NCBI GenBank assembly: GCA_942493365.1
Contig: OW818697.1
Span: 1,122,634-1,186,633 of the forward strand
Direction: 5' to 3'
DNA from: an uncultured Clostridiaceae bacterium
GTDB taxonomy: Bacteria > Bacillota > Clostridia > Saccharofermentanales > UBA5734
Length of the DNA: 64,000 bases
The notes under the pieces were generated by a model. The model was given only the letters and a program-made list of their open reading frames with translations. It was not told where the DNA came from and did no database searches. Positions 11,274 through 21,083 of the stretch are shown in pieces. Numbering within the stretch: the stretch's first letter is position 1; each line of letters starts with the position of its first letter. Made by a program: the position numbers and the translations under genes.

Positions 11274-12227
11274 ATGATCGAAATTCGCAACCTGGTCAAG
11301 TACTACGGCGACAACCTGGCTGTCAATGATGTCACTTTTACCGTGCAAGAGGGCGAAATTCTGGGCTTTCTGGGGCCGAACGGCGCTGGCAAGACCACAA
11401 CCATGAATATTCTGACCGGCTTTTTGTCGGCCACGTCGGGGACCGTCGTTATCAACGGCCACGACATTCTTGAGAACCCGCAGCAGGCCAAACAGTGCAT
11501 CGGCTATCTGCCGGAAACACCGCCGCTGTATCTCGACATGACGGTCATCGAATATTTGAAATTCGTCGCCGAGCTCAAGGGCGTCGCGCACGACGACCGG
11601 ATCAAACACCTGGCCGAAATCATGAAACTGGTGCGCATCTCGGATGTTGGCAATCGGCTGATCAAGAACCTGTCCAAGGGCTATCGTCAGCGTGTCGGCC
11701 TGGCCCAGGCCCTGGTTGGCAACCCCAAGGTGCTGGTGCTCGATGAACCGACCGTCGGCCTCGACCCCAAGCAGATCATCGAAATGCGCAACCTGATCAA
11801 AGAGCTGGGCAAAAAACACACCGTCATCCTCAGCTCGCATATTCTGCCCGAAGTGCAGGCCATTTGTCAGCGCGTTGTCATCATCAACAAGGGCGTCATC
11901 GCCGCCATCGACACGCCCGAAGGCCTCTCGCGCAAAATGGCTAAAACCGCCAAAATCGAGATCACCGCTGAAGGACCAACCAAGGAGATCATCCACAAGC
12001 TGCGCCTGCTGCCTGGCGTGCGGAATGTCGAGATGACCATCGAAAAAGAAAACGCCATGGGCATTTACGAAATCGAGAACGACCCCGATCACGATGTGCG
12101 CAAACAGGTCTTTTTCGAAATGGCCCGCAACAGCTGGCCGATTATCGAAATGAAATCGATGGACCCGACCCTGGAAGAAATCTTCTTGCAGGTGACCAGC
12201 GCCAACCTACCGGGAAAGAAGGGATAA
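11274..12227 (+). CDS. ABC transporter ATP-binding protein (GldA-like, ABC-2 type)
   Basis: Walker A GPNGAGKTT, signature LSKGYRQR, Walker B VLVLDEPT. Confidence 0.9.
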   Translation: MIEIRNLVKYYGDNLAVNDVTFTVQEGEILGFLGPNGAGKTTTMNILTGFLSATSGTVVINGHDILENPQQAKQCIGYLPETPPLYLDMTVIEYLKFVAELKGVAHDDRIKHLAEIMKLVRISDVGNRLIKNLSKGYRQRVGLAQALVGNPKVLVLDEPTVGLDPKQIIEMRNLIKELGKKHTVILSSHILPEVQAICQRVVIINKGVIAAIDTPEGLSRKMAKTAKIEITAEGPTKEIIHKLRLLPGVRNVEMTIEKENAMGIYEIENDPDHDVRKQVFFEMARNSWPIIEMKSMDPTLEEIFLQVTSANLPGKKG

Positions 12228-12231
12228 TCGC

Positions 12232-13020
12232 ATGAATCGTCTGTCAGCCATTTTTAAACGTGAAATCGCCTCCTACTTCCGGTCACCGATGGGTTATGTC
12301 ATCTTCGCCATTTTCATGGCGATTGGCGGCCTTATCTACGGCTTGAGCACCATGGCCGGCTACTTCAACCTGGTCGATGAACTGGCATTTCTGAAATACG
12401 TCCTGATTTTCATCATCCCGATTATGACCATGCGCGCCTTCTCCGAAGATCGCCGGAACGGCACCGAAGTCCTGCTCTTCACCTCGCCGGCCAGCACCGC
12501 ACAGATTGTTCTGGCCAAATACCTCGCTTCATTGGTCATTTTCCTGCTGCTGACCGCCACCACCCTGATTCACCTGCTGCTGACCCTGGCTTTCGGTGGC
12601 CGGATCGATATCAGCGTGCTGGGTGCCTACATCGGCTTCATCTTCCTGGGCGCGGTCTTCATTGCCATCGGCGTCTTTGCCTCTGCTTTGACCGAGAATC
12701 AGATCATCGCGGCCGTCATCTCGGTGGTCATCATTTTTTTCCTGATGGTCATCAGCGCAGTGGCCGCCTTGCTCGGCGATGCGGTCGCCAGCATCATGAA
12801 CCAGCTCAACTTCTTCGGCTGGTTTACCGATACACAAATTCAAAGTGTCGGTACCGCGATCACCGACGGCATCAACTGGATCAGCCCAGACGCCCGCTTG
12901 GGCAACATCATCAGCGGCGTCTTTGAGCTTTCGCCGATTGTCTTCTTTGTCAGTCTGGTCGAGGTCTTCCTGTTCCTGACCAACCGCGTACTTGAAAAAC
13001 GGCGCTGGAGCCAGAGGTGA
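12232..13020 (+). CDS. ABC-2 type permease (GldF-like)
   Basis: 262 aa, 6 predicted TM segments, directly after the ATPase gene. Confidence 0.8.
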   Translation: MNRLSAIFKREIASYFRSPMGYVIFAIFMAIGGLIYGLSTMAGYFNLVDELAFLKYVLIFIIPIMTMRAFSEDRRNGTEVLLFTSPASTAQIVLAKYLASLVIFLLLTATTLIHLLLTLAFGGRIDISVLGAYIGFIFLGAVFIAIGVFASALTENQIIAAVISVVIIFFLMVISAVAALLGDAVASIMNQLNFFGWFTDTQIQSVGTAITDGINWISPDARLGNIISGVFELSPIVFFVSLVEVFLFLTNRVLEKRRWSQR

Positions 13021-14504
13021 GAGCAATGAGCAATAAAGAACAAAGGAAAATATTTGTTGATAAACGTAATCGCAGCCTGAAAAGGGTATCCATTATTTCG
13101 ACCATCCTCTTTATCGTGGTGGTCCTGGCCTTCAACATCCTGTTTGACAGCCTGCTGGGCAAAAAGCTGCAGTGGGACTGGTCGACCGGCGAGCTCTATA
13201 GCATCGGCGATGTCAGCAAGGGCATCCTGAACAACCTGAAACTGGACGTTCAGATCATCGGTCTTTTTGACAAAACGAACGACACGGTATACACCGACTT
13301 TCGCAAACTGCTGGACGACTATGCCGCCAAGAGCAACGGTCGTATCACGCTGCGCTACGTTGATCCCGACGCCAATCCGGCCATCCTGACCGAAATCGAT
13401 CCCGACGGCTACCTTGACCTCGACACCGCTGTGTTCGTCGTCTATTGCCCCAGCACCAAGAAGGCCAAGCCAATCTCGGACGACGACCTGTTGGACGTTC
13501 AATACGATCAGACCACCGGCCAGCAGGTTCTGGCGGGCATCACCGCCGAAGAGAGCTTCACCGGTGCCATCAAATTTGTGCAATCTGAAAACACGCCAAC
13601 CCTGTACTTCTCGTCAGGTCATGATGAAATTGACTATGCCACCTCGTACAGCGCGCTGGTGTCAATCATGCAAAACAATAATTTCCAGGTCAAACCGCTT
13701 GACATGTTTGGGATCGGAGCCATTCCGGCCGACTGCGCGGTTCTGATTATCGCCGAACCGCAAAAGGATATCACCCAATTGGAAAAGGGCGTCATCGGGG
13801 ATTACCTAAAATCCGGCGGCAGCCTGATGTTCATTGCCGGATACGGCAATACGAGATTTCCGGTGCTGAATCAGCTGCTGGCCGATTATAACCTCGAAGT
13901 CAGCAACACCAAAATCCGAGAAGGTGATGTCAATTACCGTCTTCAGAACGATGAGTATTTCATTCGCGTGATCGCGCCGGTCAGCACGTTTGTGACTTCA
14001 ACAATTGATGGCCAGATCGTCATGGAGAATACGCGCGGCATGAACATTCTCAGCAATACGTCGAGCCTGGTTGTCGCCGAGCCCATTCTGACCACGTCGC
14101 TTAAGGGCATCGCAGAGACTGACGGCGACATTGCCCAATCATCCGCGCCCGCCACGCAGAATGTGGCCGTTTTGTCAGAAAACAAAAGCTGGATCGATGG
14201 CAAAGATATCACAGTCAGCGCCAAAGTGATGCTGTTTGGCAGTTCCAGTATGTTTCTGGATGAAATGCTGACCAATAATTACACTGCCCTGAATGCCAAT
14301 ATCTTCTACGCCAGCGTCACGTGGATGTCCAATGCCGAGCCGGTCGATGATCTGATGATCAAAGCCAAGGACCCCATTTCCTATGCCCTGACTTCGGGCA
14401 CGCTGGGTGCCTGGAACCTGGCCAGTTTCTTTTGCTTCCTGATCTTGCCGATCATCCTGCTGATCATTGCGCTGGTGGTCTATCGCAAACGCAAAAACCT
14501 GTAA
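13017..14504 (+). CDS. GldG-family ABC transport auxiliary protein
   Basis: 495 aa with N- and C-terminal TM anchors. The pattern LQWDWSTGELYSIGDVSKGILNNLKLDVQIIGLFDK is typical of GldG. The start may be GTG 13017 or ATG 13026. Confidence 0.7.
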   Translation: MRAMSNKEQRKIFVDKRNRSLKRVSIISTILFIVVVLAFNILFDSLLGKKLQWDWSTGELYSIGDVSKGILNNLKLDVQIIGLFDKTNDTVYTDFRKLLDDYAAKSNGRITLRYVDPDANPAILTEIDPDGYLDLDTAVFVVYCPSTKKAKPISDDDLLDVQYDQTTGQQVLAGITAEESFTGAIKFVQSENTPTLYFSSGHDEIDYATSYSALVSIMQNNNFQVKPLDMFGIGAIPADCAVLIIAEPQKDITQLEKGVIGDYLKSGGSLMFIAGYGNTRFPVLNQLLADYNLEVSNTKIREGDVNYRLQNDEYFIRVIAPVSTFVTSTIDGQIVMENTRGMNILSNTSSLVVAEPILTTSLKGIAETDGDIAQSSAPATQNVAVLSENKSWIDGKDITVSAKVMLFGSSSMFLDEMLTNNYTALNANIFYASVTWMSNAEPVDDLMIKAKDPISYALTSGTLGAWNLASFFCFLILPIILLIIALVVYRKRKNL

Positions 14505-14524
14505 GAGCAACGGAGGCATCGATC

Positions 14525-16060
14525 ATGAAGAAACAATGGCGCACCCCCATCATCTTGGCCAGCGCGCTGGTTTTGCTGCTGGGTGTCTGGTGGCTGAGCA
14601 CGCTGCTGCCCGGCGAGGTCGCAACTGAAACAACGACAACAACGACTACAGCCCCGATGGTATTCGAAGCTGCGGCTGCCGACGTTGCCAGCATCGCCGT
14701 TCACAACACGAAGGCCGATCTGACGTTGCTGCCCCAGTCAACCCAAAACACCGACGGTTCGACCAGCATCAGCTGGCAACTCGACAGCACGACGGGTCTG
14801 CCCTTCTCCAGCACCAAACTGGCCAGCATCGCCAATGCCATGCTGGACCTCTCGGCCAGCCGCGTCATCGCCGAAAACGCGACCGATCTGGCCGCCTTCG
14901 GGCTGGCACAGCCCAGCACACAAATCACCATAACGCTCAAGAATGGCGCAGTCCATGTCATCAGCCTCGGCAACGAGCTGGCGTCGGGCAGCGGGGTCTA
15001 CGCGTCTGTCGACAGCAACGGCACCATCTATGCCATCAGCAGCACAACCGCCGGGCTTGCCCAGGTCGGTCTGCTGGAGTTGCTGGATCAAGCCAAAACG
15101 ATCGGCATTGATGCGGCGGAGCTGATCGGCTTGAACTTCGACCGGGCCAAAGATAATTTGAGCATGTACAGCACCTGTGTCTATGAGGAAACCACAATCG
15201 GCGACACAACCTCGTCATTTTTCGATTTTAAGTTGACCCGACCGCTTGCTATCACGGGCAATCCCGATAAACTGACCACCCTGGCCACCGAAGCCCTGAA
15301 GGCCGCGGCCGCCGAGTTTGTTGAAATCAATCCCGCGGATCTTACGATTTATGGGCTGGACCAGCCGCAGTATACGATTGCTCTGACGACGGCAACCAAA
15401 ACCGTCACGCTCAAAATCGGCAAGCAGGTCGGTGACAGTTATTATATGATCAGCGACGCCCTGCCGGCGGTCTTCAAGGTTTCAACCAGCACCTTCTCCG
15501 TGCTCGACATGCCTGCGATCGAGATGGTTGACCGCCAGTTCATGATGAAACCTATTTGGACGGTTGACCGTGTCGTGGTTGATATTCCCGGTGCGTCATT
15601 CACGGCCGAAATTGCCCAGACCAGTGCTCAAATTGCCAGCGACGAGGGGGTCACCTTCCGGCTGGACGGCGCTGATGCAAGAATCTTCAGCGAATCGGAC
15701 AGCAGCTTGTTTACTGCATTTTATCAGCGAATAATCGGCTTACGCATGGCCGGCATCGAGGCGGGCGTCTCGCCAGCCAACACGCGGGATGGCAGCATCG
15801 TCTTCAGCATTAAGGCCGACCCGTCAAACAATGTCGCCGCACACAACGTCGTTATTGAATTTGCCCGCCGAGACGATTATACTGATTATGTCTTTATCGA
15901 TGGGGTTTATGCCGGTTACTACATTGATCGCGCACTAGCCTTCACCTCGGAAAAGCTCAATGCCGAAGGGATCGTTGTCGCTTACGACATGATGAAATAT
16001 GCCATGGCGCATGCCGTGAATGGCGTTTTCGACACACAGGAAGGATATCAGCTTGACTGA
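14525..16060 (+). CDS. DUF4340-like membrane-anchored protein of the GldG cluster
   Basis: Start moved to ATG 14525 (MKKQWRTPIILASALVLLL), which has GGAGG upstream. Single TM followed by a poly-Thr linker. The position after gldG is typical for DUF4340. Confidence 0.6.
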   Translation: MKKQWRTPIILASALVLLLGVWWLSTLLPGEVATETTTTTTTAPMVFEAAAADVASIAVHNTKADLTLLPQSTQNTDGSTSISWQLDSTTGLPFSSTKLASIANAMLDLSASRVIAENATDLAAFGLAQPSTQITITLKNGAVHVISLGNELASGSGVYASVDSNGTIYAISSTTAGLAQVGLLELLDQAKTIGIDAAELIGLNFDRAKDNLSMYSTCVYEETTIGDTTSSFFDFKLTRPLAITGNPDKLTTLATEALKAAAAEFVEINPADLTIYGLDQPQYTIALTTATKTVTLKIGKQVGDSYYMISDALPAVFKVSTSTFSVLDMPAIEMVDRQFMMKPIWTVDRVVVDIPGASFTAEIAQTSAQIASDEGVTFRLDGADARIFSESDSSLFTAFYQRIIGLRMAGIEAGVSPANTRDGSIVFSIKADPSNNVAAHNVVIEFARRDDYTDYVFIDGVYAGYYIDRALAFTSEKLNAEGIVVAYDMMKYAMAHAVNGVFDTQEGYQLD

Positions 16061-17234
16061 TCCAGATCAATCTCATAATCAGAAACCGGCACAAAGAAGC
16101 AGAGCCAGCCTGATCATCCTGATCGTGCTGGCTTTCCTGCTGATGGCAGGAGCGGTCTTCCTCGTGGTCAGTCTGCCGGACGATCAAGCCTGGCATTTGC
16201 CGACCGCCGATACCAACAAAATCAACGCCGATGAAACCGGCTTCACCTGTTCGGTCAGCGAAGCACAGCAGCTTTTTCCCTTCAGCAGCGGCGTGATGAA
16301 ACTGACCAGCACCCGTGTGGCGCTGATCGATGTTCACGGCACTGAACAATTTGCCTATGACCTTGAATTTTCCGCGCCTTTCGCCGTCAGCAACGAAAAA
16401 TTCATGATGGCCGCCGATCGCGACGGCCATAGCCTGATCATGCTGAACAACCAGGGCAAGCTCTATCAGATCACAATGGCTGGGCGCATCAGTGGCGCGG
16501 CGCTGCGGGACGACGGCACCTTGGCGATTGTGAGCGACATTGGCTACGAGGGCGTCGTTACCGATCAGAGCAACAGCACCGGGGTTGTTTCCATCTTCGG
16601 AACCGGCGGCAATTGGATGTTCGACTGTTATCTGCCGGATACCGGCTACATTTTATCGGTTTCGTTTCCGACCGATAGCGACAGCTTTGACATTGCCTTG
16701 GTCAACACCGCGGCTTCAGCGGCAAAGCCCATCATCAAGCGTTACAGCCTGCAGGGGGTCGAGACCGGGCAGCGCATTCCTGATCTGCCTGAGATTTACC
16801 CGCTGGTCGTCTATGACCCGGCAGGTCACCCGGTTTTGTGTTCGGCTGCCAACCTGGCCGCCATCTCCTACGATTCGAGCGCCTTGATCTGGCAGCAAAG
16901 CTATCCGCGCATCCTGGCGGTCAGGAGCACCCCCGCCGGGCTGGCCGTCGCGGCCGCCAAGGCAGATGGGCAATGCTGGCTCGATGTGCTGGCTGGTGAC
17001 GGCCGTCAGCAAAGCAGTCAGCTGATCGGTGCCAGCATCACCAACATGGATTCGCGCGGCGATCTTTTGACCCTGGGCAGTGGAACACGAGTCGTTACCG
17101 TCAACCTGCGAACCGGCGTTAAGGTGCTGGATCGCGATGTTGGCGCGGAAATCATCCGCGTCGGGTTCGCTGCGGACAACGCTTTGACCGTTATTACCAG
17201 GACGGGCGTTCTTTGCCTGGCGTCAACTTCATGA
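16020..17234 (+). CDS. hypothetical membrane-anchored protein (possible beta-propeller, DUF5711-like)
   Basis: 404-aa ORF with one N-terminal TM (LIILIVLAFLLMAGAVFLVV). Start uncertain because the ORF overlaps the preceding gene by 41 nt. The family assignment is from memory only. Confidence 0.45.
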   Translation: MAFSTHRKDISLTDPDQSHNQKPAQRSRASLIILIVLAFLLMAGAVFLVVSLPDDQAWHLPTADTNKINADETGFTCSVSEAQQLFPFSSGVMKLTSTRVALIDVHGTEQFAYDLEFSAPFAVSNEKFMMAADRDGHSLIMLNNQGKLYQITMAGRISGAALRDDGTLAIVSDIGYEGVVTDQSNSTGVVSIFGTGGNWMFDCYLPDTGYILSVSFPTDSDSFDIALVNTAASAAKPIIKRYSLQGVETGQRIPDLPEIYPLVVYDPAGHPVLCSAANLAAISYDSSALIWQQSYPRILAVRSTPAGLAVAAAKADGQCWLDVLAGDGRQQSSQLIGASITNMDSRGDLLTLGSGTRVVTVNLRTGVKVLDRDVGAEIIRVGFAADNALTVITRTGVLCLASTS

Positions 17235-17261
17235 TATACTTGAGCAAAAGAAGGAGATTAT

Positions 17262-19097
17262 ATGGAACCTGATGGTCTCCCGCTACGACGAAGTCGGGCG
17301 GACATCCCCGAAACGTACCGTTGGAAGCTGGAAGATATCTTTTCGTCCGACGCGGATTGGGAATCCGCCTGGTCAGCGATACCCCCATTATTAGACAGTT
17401 TGCAGCAATGTCGCGGCAAAATCAACTACAGTGCTGAGATATTGCTTTGTGCTCTGGACAAAGCCAGCCAGCTCGATTTGGAACTCATGGAGCTGCTGGC
17501 TTATGCGCGGATGCGCCGGGACGAGGACAATACCGTCGCGCTTTATCAGAATATGGCTGACCGCGCGATGGGTCTGTATTATCAGACCGCATCATCGACG
17601 GCTTTTTTGACCCCGGAAATCGCCGCGATGCCCGAGGCAACGATCTTGTCCTGGCTGGAAAGCGAAGCGGGTCTGGCGCCCTATCGGCACAGTCTGCTCG
17701 ACACGCTCAGAACCAAGCCGCACATCCTCCCGGAAGCTGAGGAGGCGCTTTTATCCCGTTTCGGACCAGTCGCTGAAGGCTTGAGCGACGTTTTCACCAT
17801 GCTCAACAACGTTGACATTAAACTGGGAAGGGTTGAAGACGGGCAGGGGAAGACGATCGAACTGACGCATGCCGCCTTTGCGCAGTTGCGGGAGCATCCT
17901 GATCGTGCCGTCCGCGCAGCAGCTTTTGAGAAGATACACAACGCTTACGCTGGCGTTGGCCAGACGCTGTCGGTGCTCTACGGGACGCAGATCAAGGCCG
18001 ATCTGCTGCTGGCCACGACCCGGCTTTACCCTGACAGCCTCACGGCAGCCCTGGCCGGCGACAACCTGCCGGTGAGCCTTTACAGCAACCTGATCGAGAC
18101 CGTCCGAGAAGGCCGCCCGGTCCTGGAACGCTATTTGGATCTGCGCCGCCGCAGCATGGCGCTCGACGACCTTCATATTTATGATACTTACGTGCCGATG
18201 CTCAATCAGCCGCAGCGCCGTTACACCTTTGAACAGGCCTGTGACCTGCTGCGACTGGCTTTAGCGCCGCTCGGCAGCCAATACCTGGCCGACCTGGAAA
18301 ACCACCTTGGCGGTCGCTGGATAGATGTCTGCGAAACGCCAGGCAAGACCAGCGGCGCCTACTCTTGGGGGTCCTATAAAACCCATCCCTATGTGCTGCT
18401 CAACTTTGGCGGGACGATGTCCGATATCTTCACGCTGGCCCACGAGGTTGGCCACAGCATGCACACCTTCTATTCCAATCAGCGTCCCTATCCAGAGTCA
18501 CATTATCCGATTTTTTTGGCAGAAATCGCCTCAACGGTCAATGAAAACCTGCTGATGCGCTACCTGCTGTCGCGATGCGATGTCAATACGCCGGAAGGCT
18601 TGCAGGAAAAATCCTATCTGCTCAATCATTTTCTCGAGGAATTCCGTCTGACGGTTTTCCGTCAGACGCTATTCGCCGAATTTGAATGGCTGACCCATCA
18701 GCGGGCTGAAGCTGGCGAAGCCATGACAGCCGATTGGATCTGCGAACTTTACAGCCGTTTGCAAGCTGACTACTATGGTAGTATCATCGTGCCGGATGAC
18801 TATATGAAATGGGAATGGACCCGTATCCCGCATTTCTACAATGCCTATTATGTCTATAAATACGCCACCGGCTTTTCCGCGGCGGTGGCCCTCAGCCAAC
18901 AGATTTTGACCGAGGGACAGCCCGCGGTTGAGCGCTATCTGAAATTCCTCGGCGCAGGCGGATCGGATTATCCAATGGCAACGCTGGCGCTGGCGGGTGT
19001 CGATTTGACCGACCGCAAGCCAATCAGCGCAGCAATATCAGTCTTTTCAACCAGTCTGGACGAACTGGTGATACTGATCAATGGGAGGCAACATTAA
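17262..19097 (+). CDS. pepF: oligoendopeptidase F (M3B)
   Basis: 611 aa. Zinc motif TLAHEVGHSMH. Overall PepF-like length and pattern. Confidence 0.9.
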   Translation: MEPDGLPLRRSRADIPETYRWKLEDIFSSDADWESAWSAIPPLLDSLQQCRGKINYSAEILLCALDKASQLDLELMELLAYARMRRDEDNTVALYQNMADRAMGLYYQTASSTAFLTPEIAAMPEATILSWLESEAGLAPYRHSLLDTLRTKPHILPEAEEALLSRFGPVAEGLSDVFTMLNNVDIKLGRVEDGQGKTIELTHAAFAQLREHPDRAVRAAAFEKIHNAYAGVGQTLSVLYGTQIKADLLLATTRLYPDSLTAALAGDNLPVSLYSNLIETVREGRPVLERYLDLRRRSMALDDLHIYDTYVPMLNQPQRRYTFEQACDLLRLALAPLGSQYLADLENHLGGRWIDVCETPGKTSGAYSWGSYKTHPYVLLNFGGTMSDIFTLAHEVGHSMHTFYSNQRPYPESHYPIFLAEIASTVNENLLMRYLLSRCDVNTPEGLQEKSYLLNHFLEEFRLTVFRQTLFAEFEWLTHQRAEAGEAMTADWICELYSRLQADYYGSIIVPDDYMKWEWTRIPHFYNAYYVYKYATGFSAAVALSQQILTEGQPAVERYLKFLGAGGSDYPMATLALAGVDLTDRKPISAAISVFSTSLDELVILINGRQH

Positions 19098-19777
19098 TGG
19101 AAACCGAACTAAAGCTTCGTTTCGCCAAGCCCGGTGACGAGTTGGAATTTCTGAACAGTTCCTGGCTCCATCAGCAGGTGATGCCCGATTCACGGGTGGA
19201 AACGATCATGCTCAGCCGTTACTTCGACACAGCCGAGCAGAATCTGACCCGCATGAATACCTCCCTGCGCATTCGCGAAGAAGGGGAAGTGCGGGTGGCA
19301 ACCATCAAGCTCGGCCGACAGTCCAGTAACGGGCTGCACCAGCGGCTGGAATGGTCGGTCGACCTGGATGACGAAGTTTCGGAGGTCAACCCTGATGAGG
19401 GCCTGGATATCCAGTGGTTTCAAAAAAACGCGGTCAGTGAAGGCGATCCTGATGATCGGCTGCACGAAATCCTAAAATCGATCGATGGACTGCCGCTTAT
19501 CGAAATCTGCCAGGCCCGTTTTGTGCGAACGGCATTTGATGTCGGATATGGCGACACCCTGATGGAACTGGCCTTGGATGTTGGCGAACTGAGCGCGGGA
19601 GACATGACCGATCCGTTCCTCGAACTGGAATTGGAGCTCAAAGAGGGCGATGTCCGCGACCTGATGGAGCTGGGTGAAGAACTGAAAACCCGCTTCCGAC
19701 TGGATCCCGAACCCCTGAGCAAATATTCGCGCTGTCTGTCTATGCTGCAGCAACAAGCGGGATTGCAGGATGCTTGA
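19097..19777 (+). CDS. CYTH-domain protein (triphosphate tunnel metalloenzyme)
   Basis: The N-terminal ETELKL matches the CYTH ExExK signature. 226 aa. TAATG overlap with pepF. Confidence 0.75.
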   Translation: METELKLRFAKPGDELEFLNSSWLHQQVMPDSRVETIMLSRYFDTAEQNLTRMNTSLRIREEGEVRVATIKLGRQSSNGLHQRLEWSVDLDDEVSEVNPDEGLDIQWFQKNAVSEGDPDDRLHEILKSIDGLPLIEICQARFVRTAFDVGYGDTLMELALDVGELSAGDMTDPFLELELELKEGDVRDLMELGEELKTRFRLDPEPLSKYSRCLSMLQQQAGLQDA

Positions 19778-21083
19778 CAGCCTGCCCCGTTGTCAGATCG
19801 CCGTCATTGGCGGCGGTGCGGCGGGCCTGATGGCCGCGATTGCTGCGGCGATGACCCGGTCCGACTCGGCTGATCAAAGTCAGAGTGATAACCCGGTGCT
19901 GCTTTTGGAGAAAATGGATCGCGTCGGCAAAAAATTGCTGACCACGGGCAATGGTCGTTGCAATTTGACCAATCAGGACCTCGCGATCGAACATTATCAC
20001 GGCAGCGAACCGAACTTTGCCGCCGCCGTATTAAACAAATTTCCCCTGGACTCGACCATCGACTTTTTCCGCCGGCTGGGGTTGCCTTGTCGAACGCTGG
20101 AAAACGGCCGGGTCTATCCCTATAGTTTACAGGCCTCAGCGGTGCTCGATGTCCTGCGCCTGGCGGCCGAACGTCTGGGCGTTCGCACCGAAACCAACTG
20201 CGCCGTCAGTGGCCTCCAACCCGCCAAAGAACAGGGCGGTTTTGTGATCTCGACCCAGGATCGGCGCTTTTGGGCGCAACGCGTGATTGTGGCCACCGGC
20301 GGCTTGGCCGCGCCCGGCCTGGGTTGCGACGGCAGCGGGTACAGCCTGCTGACACGTCTGGGACACCGGCGCACGGAGACTTTTCCAGCGCTGGTTCAGA
20401 TTCGGACCGAAACGGAGCTGGTGCGCGGATTAGCCGGCATCAAATTTGAGGGCACCGCTTCGGTTGCTGTTGGCGGTCAAATCATCAGGGTGGCCAGCGG
20501 CGAAATCCTTTTTACAGAGTATGGTCTCTCGGGACCGCCGCTCCTGGAGCTATCACGCGACGTTGCTCAACTGCTGCAAAAAACCGCGGAACCGGTCGCC
20601 ATTGTGCTCGATTTGTTGCCGGAGATGACGATCAGCGCGCTCAAAGACTGGCTGACCTACCGTCGTCAATGCGATCCGAGCCATGAATTAACTGACTTTT
20701 TAACCGGATTGGTTCACAAGAAACTCGGTCAGGCGCTGCTCAAGCGTTGCCTTGATCGTGCCGTTTCGCTCGGCAGTCCGGTCAGCAGCTTAGACGACGC
20801 GGAAATCGACCAACTGGCTGATCTGCTCAAGGCCCTGCCGATCCGCGCGATTGGTACGCGGGACTGGACGCAGGCGCAGGTGACCGCTGGCGGCCTGGAT
20901 ACCCACGATTTTCAGTCGGAAACCCTGGAATCCAGGCTCGTGCCGGGCCTTTTTGCCGCCGGTGAAATTCTCGATGTTGACGGAGATTGCGGCGGCTACA
21001 ATCTGCAATGGGCCTGGGCTTCGGGTCACACGGCCGGTCAGCAGGCCATGCGGCAATGTCTGGCTGAACCCAAACAGCCATGA
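19770..21083 (+). CDS. NAD(P)/FAD-dependent oxidoreductase, HI0933/BaiN-like
   Basis: 437 aa. Dinucleotide-binding motif IAVIGGGAAGLMAA. The C-terminal ...GEILDVDGDCGGYNLQWAWASG is typical of the family. Confidence 0.8.
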   Translation: MLDSLPRCQIAVIGGGAAGLMAAIAAAMTRSDSADQSQSDNPVLLLEKMDRVGKKLLTTGNGRCNLTNQDLAIEHYHGSEPNFAAAVLNKFPLDSTIDFFRRLGLPCRTLENGRVYPYSLQASAVLDVLRLAAERLGVRTETNCAVSGLQPAKEQGGFVISTQDRRFWAQRVIVATGGLAAPGLGCDGSGYSLLTRLGHRRTETFPALVQIRTETELVRGLAGIKFEGTASVAVGGQIIRVASGEILFTEYGLSGPPLLELSRDVAQLLQKTAEPVAIVLDLLPEMTISALKDWLTYRRQCDPSHELTDFLTGLVHKKLGQALLKRCLDRAVSLGSPVSSLDDAEIDQLADLLKALPIRAIGTRDWTQAQVTAGGLDTHDFQSETLESRLVPGLFAAGEILDVDGDCGGYNLQWAWASGHTAGQQAMRQCLAEPKQP